Source of the DNA: Lachnoclostridium sp. UBA3775
GTDB taxonomy: Bacteria; Bacillota; Clostridia; Lachnospirales; Lachnospiraceae
Assembly (NCBI GenBank): GCA_002369525.1
Contig: DFFN01000042.1
Location: 1-45,815, forward strand
Length of the DNA: 45,815 nucleotides
Direction of reading: 5' to 3'
Shown here: in pieces, positions 18,994-26,900 of the stretch
Position numbering within the stretch: position 1 is the first letter of the stretch
Layout of the letters: every line of letters begins with the position of its first letter
Notes under the pieces: generated by a model
Seen by the model: the letters and a program-made list of their open reading frames with translations, nothing else
Database searches by the model: none
Told to the model about the DNA's origin: nothing
Program-made: the position numbers and the translations under genes

Positions 18994-19776
18994 ATGAATT
19001 CAATACCGGTAAAACTGGATGCTTTTGAAGGCCCGCTTGACCTTTTGCTGCATCTTATCGAGAAAAACAAAGTTGATATCTATGATATTCCGATTGCAAT
19101 GATAACCGATCAGTATATTGAATATATTGAACAGGCTATGCAGGAGGAACAGCTTGATATTATGACTGACTTCCTTGTCATGGCGGCGACTCTGCTTCGC
19201 ATCAAGTCGGCAATGCTGCTTCCTAAGGACGAGGATGAAGAAGAGGCTGAAGAGGATCCGAGACTTGAACTCACACAAAGGCTTATCGAATATAAGATGT
19301 ATAAGTATGCTTCCTATGAGCTTAAGGATATGTCAATGGAAGCCTCTAAAAAGCTTTACAGATCCGAGAATTTTCCTGAAGAGGTCCGTGTATATAAAGA
19401 AGAGGTGAAGCCTGAGGATGTAATCGGAGATGCCACGCTTGAGCTGTTGAATCGTCTGTTCAACGAAATAATGAAGCGTAATGCAAACAAGCTCGATCCG
19501 ATCAGAAGCCAGTTCGGAAAGATAAGCAAGGAAGAGGTTAATTTCAACGATAAGGTAAGAAGAATACAGGAATATGGTATCAAGCACAAGAAATGCAGCT
19601 TTTACCGTCTGATAAACAATAAGTCAAGCAAGGTTGAGATAATCGTTACTTTCCTTGGTATATTGGAGCTGATAAAAATGGGAAGGGTACTTGTGAGTCA
19701 GGAGGATACCTACGGCGATATTGAAGTACAGTTCCTTGCCGATGATGTCGTTCCGGTTGAACAATATTCAATCTAA
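18994..19776 (+). CDS. scpA: Segregation and condensation protein A
   Basis: FEGPLDLLLHLIEKNKVDIYDIPIA N-terminal kleisin motif; followed by scpB. Confidence 0.9.
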   Translation: MNSIPVKLDAFEGPLDLLLHLIEKNKVDIYDIPIAMITDQYIEYIEQAMQEEQLDIMTDFLVMAATLLRIKSAMLLPKDEDEEEAEEDPRLELTQRLIEYKMYKYASYELKDMSMEASKKLYRSENFPEEVRVYKEEVKPEDVIGDATLELLNRLFNEIMKRNANKLDPIRSQFGKISKEEVNFNDKVRRIQEYGIKHKKCSFYRLINNKSSKVEIIVTFLGILELIKMGRVLVSQEDTYGDIEVQFLADDVVPVEQYSI

Positions 19777-19816
19777 GAAATTAATATATTTTGAAAGGTA
19801 GTTTTAGGTAATATAT

Positions 19817-20386
19817 ATGGAAAATCTGAAGGCTTCGCTTGAGGCAATACTTTTTGCAAGCGGAGAGGCAGTAGAGGCAAAAAGAATAGCTCAGGCCCTG
19901 GATATTGATGAAAAGCTGGTAAAAAACACACTGACTGAGCTTGCTGACGAATATAAACAGACTCAAAGAGGAATTAACATTGTTCAGCTTGAGGACAGTT
20001 TTCAGATGTGCTCGGCTCCCGAGTGCTATGAAAGCCTCATAAAGCTCTGCCATGTGCCAAAAAAACACAATCTCACTGATGTTATGCTTGAAACGCTTTC
20101 GATCATCGCTTATAAACAGCCTGTTACAAGACAGGATATTGAGTCGATCAGAGGAGTAAAAAGCGATTTCGCCGTCAACAAGCTGCTTGAATACAATCTG
20201 ATTCAGGAGCTTGGAAGAAAGGATGTTCCGGGACGTCCGATTCTGTTCGGAACAACTGAGGATTTCCTTAGAGTATTCGGTGTAAGCGACACAGATGAGC
20301 TGCCGGTCATCAGCCCTGAGAAGATAGAAGAGTTTACGAAAGAAGCAATGGATGAAACCAATGTCGTGGAATTAAATAATCTTTGA
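19817..20386 (+). CDS. scpB: Segregation and condensation protein B
   Basis: LEAILFASGE... and ETLSIIAYKQPVTRQDIESIRGV winged-helix repeats. Confidence 0.9.
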   Translation: MENLKASLEAILFASGEAVEAKRIAQALDIDEKLVKNTLTELADEYKQTQRGINIVQLEDSFQMCSAPECYESLIKLCHVPKKHNLTDVMLETLSIIAYKQPVTRQDIESIRGVKSDFAVNKLLEYNLIQELGRKDVPGRPILFGTTEDFLRVFGVSDTDELPVISPEKIEEFTKEAMDETNVVELNNL

Positions 20387-20405
20387 TTTTATCAACAAAA
20401 AGTAA

Positions 20406-20439
20406 AGGCAGGAACCTTTCGGAACCTGCCTCTTTTTTT
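20406..20439. terminator. Probable bidirectional terminator between convergent scpB and the 806-aa gene
   Basis: AGGCAGG...CCTGCCT stem plus inner CC/GG pairs (20406-20431). T7 downstream (20433-20439) and an A-rich run upstream. Overlaps the stop codon of the - strand gene. Confidence 0.6.
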
Positions 20440-22858
20440 ATTCGTCAATGTACTTGTTGTAAAATCTTTTTACTATGATATCAAGAGCATATTCATCAAG
20501 CTTTCCAAAGTTTGAACGAAGAAGAGCCTTAATGCCTTCAATCTTGAGGTCGTAGTTTTCTTCATTGCTTGCCGTGGCTTTCTCAAACTGCTTAGCCGTT
20601 GTCTTGGTGCAGTTGGTAATGAGCCATGAGGTAAACAGTGAGTTCAGCTGACCGCCTGTAAGTGCGAGTACAAAATTAGTGGACTTCAATGCCGTGAAAT
20701 CCTTGGGCTGTGATGTACCCTTAACTGCTTCAACCGAGAAGAGCTTGTTAAGCTCATAGGAATTGGTAGATCTTAGCGTGCCTGTCAGGGAAGCGAGAGA
20801 GTTGCTCGAATCATCGGAACTGCCCTGAGCACCGCCCTTACGGTATTTGGAATAATCAATCTCTGTTCGTGACGTATAGAAGGACATATCGTCTTTTTTC
20901 TGTGAGTAATCGGGAACGAAACCTGTATAGTCAAGTTTAACATCCTCTTCCTCATCAACGACAACGAAATCAGGATTCTTTTCCTTTTTGGGCTTGGCCT
21001 TGTTGGGATTGTTCTTCCTTTCCATGGCACGTTTTTCAGTTTTAGCTTTCAGTTTTTTATAGGCTTCGGGATCGAATCCCATGCTCTGTGCGATCCTTGT
21101 GTCTTCATCGTCGGTATCGTCTTCATGATAATCAGGTACGAAACCTCTGTATATACCCGAATCAATATCGTCAATATTATCGGTATCACCGAACTTGGAA
21201 TTTTTTTTGGAATCAAAAGCAGCTTTGAATTTATCTGCTCCTGATTTCTTTAAATCTTTGTTGATCACTTCTTCGAAAACTTTGTTGTCGGAGCTTGAAC
21301 TCTTTGAACTGTCCTTGGAAGTGAAAGGATTGTCAGCAAAAATATCTTCAACAATCGGTTCGGTTGTATAACGGCTGTCATCATCAAGGCTGAATTCAGG
21401 TTCCTTGCGAATAAAGCTGTCAAATATGCTCTCGGGCGTCTTTTCCTCTTTGGGAGTAGTTATATCTTCGGGAGCAGGGAGTGGAGATGAGAATGTGGAT
21501 TCACCTGAAGACGCAGCAAACTCATTTCCTGAGAAAAAAGGTATACCGGAATCTTCCTGTTCATCATCTGCTTTGGGAACCTCTTCCTTTTGTGCACCGA
21601 AAATCGAATTGAATTTTTCCTGCTTGATAGAAGAGAAGAAGCTGGAATATTCGTCTCCGGAATCATTCTTTTTTACTTCTTCGGTATCTTCTTCAGAACC
21701 GGGCTCAACCTCAACAGCATCAACAACAATGGTGTCACCGATATTGTATTCCTCTACAGGTTCTGTTTCAACAAAGATAGGTCCGTCTTCGGGTTCGATA
21801 TCTTCGAAGAAATTGCTGGTTTCGGGCATCTTGAAATCGGAGGAGACTGCTTCACCGTCAACTCTGGGAATGTAACCGAAGCGTGATTCTTCCGTTTTGC
21901 CGAGCTCATCAAAGCTGAATCCTTTGGAAGTTCTCGTGCTTTTCTGAGTATCGTTAGACTGCTGTTTGAAAAGGTCGGTGAAACGGTTAACCCTCTGTTC
22001 ACTTTCTTCCTTCTTGCGTCTTTCTTCCTCTTCCTTACGGCGTAAAGCTTCCTCGGCAGCACGTTTTCTTTCTTCCTCGGCACGGGCTTTAAGTTCTTCT
22101 TCGGCAGCACGTTTGGCTTCTTCTGCACGGAGTCTTGCTTCTTCTGCCTGAGCTTTCAGGGCATCAATCTTAGCCTGGGCAGCAGCTTTTGCCTGTTCTG
22201 CCTTAAGCTTGGCTTCCTCCTGAATCCTCTTTTTATATTCCTCGGCTTCACGAACCTTTGCTTCAGCTTCTTCACGAGCCCTCTGAGCTTCATTTTTAAC
22301 TCTTTCGGCTTCAGCCTCGGCACGCTTGATTTCTTCGGCCTGTATACGCTTTCTTTCTTCTTCGAGACGTCTGCGTTTTTCTTCCTCTTCCTGCTTTCTG
22401 CGTTCCTCGGCTTCGGCTTTGCGTCTTGCTTCTTCTTCTGCCCTGCGTCTTGCTTCCTCTTCGGCACGTTTCTTTGCTTCTTCTTCGGCGCGACGCTTGT
22501 CTTCCTCAGCTTTGAGACGTTTTGCTTCAATAGCATAGAATGCGGTATAAGCTTTCAAGGCTTCCTTCGATTTTTCGGGAGCAACATTGATCTTATAGTT
22601 TCTTTCGCGAAGATTCATGTTGTAGCTTGACGGTATGCCCTGTGAGTTGAGATATTCAACAACACGTTCTGCTGACTCTTCACTGGTAACAGAAAACAAT
22701 GAAATTGTCTTGTTGGCAGCTTCGGCAGCAGGAGAAGGCTCTTCATTTTTTTCCGGCTCCGGAACTCCGGCAATTGTTATAAGCCCCATTTTGCAATCCG
22801 GACAGATCATAACAGAATCGTCAAAAGTCTTTTTGCATTTGGTACATTGTTTAGACAT
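20438..22858 (-). CDS. Zinc-ribbon protein with ~180-aa E/R/K-rich helix, long acidic disordered region and a conserved C-terminal domain (806 aa)
   Basis: Start set at the ATG at 22858 (GGAGG at 22870-22866, 7-nt spacer); the ORF-track start at 22885 translates the RBS. N-terminus CTKCKKTFDDSVMICPDCKMGL plus an alpha/beta domain that I judge DUF2007-like by recall. Paralog of 28715..29659. Confidence 0.6.
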   Translation of the reverse strand: MSKQCTKCKKTFDDSVMICPDCKMGLITIAGVPEPEKNEEPSPAAEAANKTISLFSVTSEESAERVVEYLNSQGIPSSYNMNLRERNYKINVAPEKSKEALKAYTAFYAIEAKRLKAEEDKRRAEEEAKKRAEEEARRRAEEEARRKAEAEERRKQEEEEKRRRLEEERKRIQAEEIKRAEAEAERVKNEAQRAREEAEAKVREAEEYKKRIQEEAKLKAEQAKAAAQAKIDALKAQAEEARLRAEEAKRAAEEELKARAEEERKRAAEEALRRKEEEERRKKEESEQRVNRFTDLFKQQSNDTQKSTRTSKGFSFDELGKTEESRFGYIPRVDGEAVSSDFKMPETSNFFEDIEPEDGPIFVETEPVEEYNIGDTIVVDAVEVEPGSEEDTEEVKKNDSGDEYSSFFSSIKQEKFNSIFGAQKEEVPKADDEQEDSGIPFFSGNEFAASSGESTFSSPLPAPEDITTPKEEKTPESIFDSFIRKEPEFSLDDDSRYTTEPIVEDIFADNPFTSKDSSKSSSSDNKVFEEVINKDLKKSGADKFKAAFDSKKNSKFGDTDNIDDIDSGIYRGFVPDYHEDDTDDEDTRIAQSMGFDPEAYKKLKAKTEKRAMERKNNPNKAKPKKEKNPDFVVVDEEEDVKLDYTGFVPDYSQKKDDMSFYTSRTEIDYSKYRKGGAQGSSDDSSNSLASLTGTLRSTNSYELNKLFSVEAVKGTSQPKDFTALKSTNFVLALTGGQLNSLFTSWLITNCTKTTAKQFEKATASNEENYDLKIEGIKALLRSNFGKLDEYALDIIVKRFYNKYIDE

Positions 22859-22892
22859 TCTTTCTCCTCCTGTGTAGAATAACACTTAATAT

Positions 22893-22921
22893 ATTATAAC
22901 TAAGGAAAGAGAAATAAGCAA
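22893..22921 (-). promoter_or_regulatory. Sigma-A promoter on - strand: TTGCTT - 17 nt - TATAAT
   Basis: Reverse complement of 22916-22921 is TTGCTT and of 22893-22898 is TATAAT. About 35 nt upstream of the 22858 start. Confidence 0.45.
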
Positions 22922-23097
22922 GCACAAGCAGTGTACAATAAAAATTACTTGAACAAATGACGTGATTTTTTACATTTTTGTAATTAATCATTTTAAATAT
23001 AACGTTTTTTACAAAATAATTAAATTTATATACCGGATGAACGAAATATTTTTTCTTTTTTTGTAAGTTTTGATCAATGAAAAATCTGCCGGTTTTC

Positions 23098-23106
23098 TGT
23101 TATAAT
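23098..23106 (+). promoter_or_regulatory. Extended -10 promoter element TGTTATAAT
   Basis: TGnTATAAT at 23098-23106 with only a weak -35 (ATGAAA). Would give a ~100-nt 5'UTR for the 251-aa/adhesin operon. Confidence 0.4.
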
Positions 23107-23162
23107 TGCTCATATAAAAAAGTCTTCCGGATTTTTAAAATCCGTCGGTTTCATTTGGTGAA

Positions 23163-23212
23163 GCTGCAGGCGCGTCACCAAAGGGTATAACGCCTGCGTC
23201 ATGGTACGATAA
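23163..23212 (+). promoter_or_regulatory. Conserved leader element, copy A (GC hairpin + ATGGTACGATAA abutting the start codon)
   Basis: GCTGCAGGCG...CGCCTGCGTC inverted repeat followed by ATGGTACGATAA|ATG. Near-identical copy at 29809-29859. No Shine-Dalgarno for the downstream ORF. Confidence 0.5.
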
Positions 23213-23968
23213 ATGAAGAAAAAAATATGTTTCTTTATTGCGGCTTTATTTCTTTTGTTGTTTATTCTATATCTTAAGACAAACCGCATCAGTTCAAAGG
23301 TTAAAAATCAAATGAATATCCCGACTGCTACGGAAACAATTGCAAAACCCGAACTGACAATTGTGGAGCCGACAAAAAAGATAAGCGTCAGGGTATCAAC
23401 ACCTGAAGTCTCAAAAGCAATGATTCCGGAAATAGCAGGAGATCCGACAATGATTACAAAAACAATAAAGCCGACACTAACGGCCGGTCCGACATATCTG
23501 CCGGAAACAATTACTGTCCCAACAATTATTCCGGAACATATTACAATTGCATTGACGAAAGAACCGTTTCCGACAACGTTACCGACACAGACAATAATAA
23601 TAACGCCAACGCCTGCAGCGATAACATCAAAAGTGATTTCGGAAGCCTTGTCATCCGAATGTTTACACAAAAGAAAGAAAACAATATATGAAACCGTAAC
23701 AGTAAATGCCGAAGGCATATGGGTTGATGTGGAGGTTTATAAAGAGATGCTTGTCTGTGAGTGCGGAAAGAGGGAAGATGAATTTGATGACATATCAGAT
23801 TTTTATCTTCATTGTCTTAAAAATGACGAAAATTACTGTTTGGAAAATGTTCCAAGCGGTGAATATTACAGGGAGTGGAAGGAAACACGTGCCGAATACA
23901 CTTATGAAAGAGAGGTGGGATGGATATGCCCTGATTGCAATGAAAAGTATTATAATAAGCAGAATTGA
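23213..23968 (+). CDS. Signal-anchored Pro/Thr/Ile-rich protein with Cys-rich C-terminal domain (251 aa, unknown function)
   Basis: N-terminal TM (ICFFIAALFLLLFILYL), a ~110-aa P/T-rich linker, and a C-terminal ~100 aa with 7 Cys (CxC, CPDC). The adhesin gene starts 12 nt downstream. Confidence 0.65.
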   Translation: MKKKICFFIAALFLLLFILYLKTNRISSKVKNQMNIPTATETIAKPELTIVEPTKKISVRVSTPEVSKAMIPEIAGDPTMITKTIKPTLTAGPTYLPETITVPTIIPEHITIALTKEPFPTTLPTQTIIITPTPAAITSKVISEALSSECLHKRKKTIYETVTVNAEGIWVDVEVYKEMLVCECGKREDEFDDISDFYLHCLKNDENYCLENVPSGEYYREWKETRAEYTYEREVGWICPDCNEKYYNKQN

Positions 23969-23980
23969 AAGGAAAACAAA

Positions 23981-26900
23981 ATGAAAAACATAAATAAAAA
24001 AATGATTGCAGGACTTCTTATGCTTGTTTTGCTTGCCGGAATCATTCTCGGTGAAAGCAATCTTGCCGCTTTTGCAATGGAGTCAAAAGAAAAAGAAAAG
24101 GTAAGCTTAAGCTTTAACGACAAGGGAAAACTGTTTTTTGAAAAAGAAAGGGGTAATCAGGCTTGTTTTAAATCAGGTGAAACAGTCAAAGTATATTTTG
24201 ATGCCATAGAGGATTATGCCCTGACAGAGCTTAATGTTTATTCTGCATCGGGAAATATTGAATACGAAATGGATATGCAGCAAAACTGCTTTACTTTTGT
24301 AAAACCTGATGAGAGCGTTATGGTAAGTGCAGTCTTTTCATGGATGCGGACAACCGGACTGAATAAGGTTGGGAAAGCCGAGGTGGTTGGCGGTATCGAA
24401 TATATTATAAACAATATCGATGAAAAGTATATAGCCTTGAAAAATATCAAGGAAATTGTTCCCGCTGACGGAATCTGGGTAAAGGATACTTTGGCTGACG
24501 GTTCAAAGCTTAAAGAAAAAACGATAGATGCAATGACTTCTGTAGTGGAATGCGACGATCCGGATTTTGATGCATATGCTCTTATATCCCAGACCGACAG
24601 CGTGAGCATATTGTATGATGCCGATCCGACTTCGGATTACTATGTTTCATATGTTGATAAAATGACAAATGACAATGAAAGCTATATAAGTGACTTTTGT
24701 TTTGCCTATACCAACATGAACGGCGAAGTGATAAAGGACTGTATTTTTGACAGAAAAACAGGTCTGGCATATGTTCCGAAGAAATATACAGTTGAAAATA
24801 AAAACGGACTTGGTGTTCTAAATGTTCAGGTACAGTTATTGCATATATTCAGGAATAACGAGGCTAAAGCCGGAGTGAATGTAATTATCGAAAAAGATGG
24901 CATCAAAGGGAAAACAGCGGAAAGCGGAAAAATCAAAACCGACGCCGTGTACGAAGAAATATATATTCAGCTTGCGGAGGACAAAAAAGCCTTATCGGAA
25001 ATAAAAGAAGAAAACCTCCGTGTTTATGTTGACGGAATATCAAACAGCGATTTTTCCTATAGTGAGGAAAGCGGAGTTCTTGCAATAAATGCGGGAGCAG
25101 CTGGCATTGACACTGTTGAAATCAGCATAAATAAAGAAAAGGAAAATAATGCAGTAACCGACCTGCTGCTCAGAGCTTCCGGTATAATGGGACTTAAGGC
25201 AAATGCGGCAGATGCCACAACAATGAGAAGCATTCCGGTTTCGGGACAGGTGATAAAGGTCAGTGATGTACCTGTTGTCGGCGATTCGTGGGAAATGAAC
25301 TGGTGGTACAATTATATCGGAAGAAGTATCGGAGATTATAATCTGAAAGCCAATTCGGGCACGGCAACATTTTATGATGAGGAATGTAAGGCCGCAGCTA
25401 ATTCTTTGTATAACGGAGTAAATACCAGCTCGGTAAACGCAGGAATAAATGTTGACGGTGCCTATGCCTATACTCTTGATATCAACGGAAATGTCCTTGA
25501 CGGTTTGAGCGCTGTGCAGGATTATGTAATCAACAATAACGGTAAGTATTCTCTTGACAAAGCAGTAAGCATGATTTCGGGCAATATGAACGGTGAGCTT
25601 ATAACCGTAGGAGGACCGAGAACCGATGCCGTTTCTGCATCTAAGGGATGGTATACGAAGAGTTCGAACGGAAGAACATATGTATATGACGGCTGGTATA
25701 ACAATTCAGGCCAGACCTATATCGAAAATTATTACAGAAGCATCAATACCGACATAAAGGAGGCATATATTTCAACGGGAAGCCAGAATCTGAAAAAGAT
25801 GGTAGACAATAATATAGATCCTCTTGCCTGTTCATATGTGATCTATATGAAATGCAATCATTCGGGAGCATCTTTCGGCGAAAACAACTCAAGACGCGTA
25901 ATGGCAAGAGTTATCGCCGTAAATGAAAACGAAGGTACGATGTACATAGCCTATACCTCATCAAAAGACAATACTCAGACAACTTCCGCCATCTATAAGT
26001 ACAGGTATGTTCTGCCCGAAGAGCCCCTGGGGTCGGTACGCTTTAAAAAGGGATCTTCTATGAAAAGCATAACCGATAATAATAAGTGCTATTCATTTGA
26101 AGGAGCGGTTTATTCCCTTTTCTATAAAAAAGAAAGTAATCCCGTTGCGGTATATAACAATGACGGATATGTTTTTAATCAGGGCATAAAGGTTGCGGAA
26201 TTTGTTGTCGGAGCGGACGGAAACGGAAGAGCAGACAAACTGAATTTGGCTGAGTTTAAAAATCTTGAGATTTCAACGGACAAGCTTATTCTTGGCGGAC
26301 TTCCAGCCGGATTTTATGCTCTTGCGGAAACGAAAAGACCAGACAATAACAGTTATGCGATTGAGAGAGAAATACACAGGTTTGAAATAAACAGGGAAAA
26401 TGCAGAAAATACCGTGATGATCAGCGGAAGCGATATTCCGTACAACGACCCGATGCTGATAACAATTAAGAAGGAAGGTTTAAATTCCGCATCGTTTGAT
26501 ATGTCAGGCACCGTGTTCAGGCTTGATTATTACGATGATTTTTACGAAAAAGCTGAGGAACTTCCCGAAGAATGCACAAAAACATGGTATTTGTCTCCGA
26601 AGAAAGCCAAAGACACCTATATCTGCGCATACGATGAAGCTTACATTACAAAGCAGGCGGGATATATAAGCGACAGCCTATATACAAGCCTTGAAAACAA
26701 ACCGGTACTACCTCTCGGAACAATTGTACTAAGAGAAGTTAAGGCGGCACAGGGGTTTGTAAAAAACAGCGGAGAACTTAAGGACAGTAAAGGAAATGTT
26801 TTTCCGAACAATGTTTTTATCGGCAGGGTATCATATTCCGAAGAACTCGGACGTGCCTGCCTTAAGGGAATATACGGAAAGCAGTCCGCTCTTTATTTTG

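Noticed and set aside
21405-22538. Ser-rich (+ strand) and Lys/Arg-rich (- strand, other frame) ORFs overlapping the E/R/K and acidic regions of the 806-aa gene (21405..21875, 21590..21886, 21966..22151, 22326..22538, 21754..22128, 22156..22536).
   Set aside because: They are alternative-frame readings of GAA/GAG/AAG/CGT-rich repeats. The frame with the zinc ribbon, the RBS and the conserved C-terminal domain explains the region.
22859-22885. ORF-track N-terminal extensions: 22859-22885 (MLFYTGGER), 8097-8141, 34513-34518, 6680-6700, 31685-31714.
   Set aside because: The extensions either translate the Shine-Dalgarno itself, overlap the upstream gene, or lack an RBS. A downstream in-frame start with a well-spaced GGAGG fits the family N-termini better.
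23128-23144. Small hairpin CGGATTT/AAATCCG in leader A, considered as an attenuator or terminator.
   Set aside because: The 7-bp stem is AT-rich, no proper U-tract follows, and the hairpin is absent from leader B. It is too weak to call.
23077-23190. A 37-codon ORF (ATG at 23077 ... TAA at 23188) running through the promoter and the hairpin of leader A, considered as a possible leader peptide.
   Set aside because: It starts upstream of the predicted -10 (23101-23106), has no RBS, and has no counterpart in leader B.
23163-23212. Attempt to classify the shared leader as a known small pseudoknot riboswitch (preQ1-I/II, SAM-II/V, SAM/SAH, guanidine-II/III, fluoride, ZTP), a T-box, or a CsrA site.
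   Set aside because: I could not match the consensus nucleotides I remember for any of these classes. For example there is no A-rich preQ1 tail, no ACGR tetraloops, and GGA occurs in only one of the two loops. It is left unclassified rather than forced.
25970-25996. 'NTQTTSAIY' in the adhesin, considered as a TQxA(I/V)W thioester-domain motif, with nearby Cys residues as the partner.
   Set aside because: The fourth position is Thr rather than Ala. The nearest Cys residues (C617/C625) lie only ~41-49 aa upstream, closer than the ~150-aa Cys-to-Gln spacing I recall for thioester domains, and C469 (~197 aa upstream, in YDEECKAA) lacks the typical (Y/F)C(L/I)-type context. Not supportable by eye.
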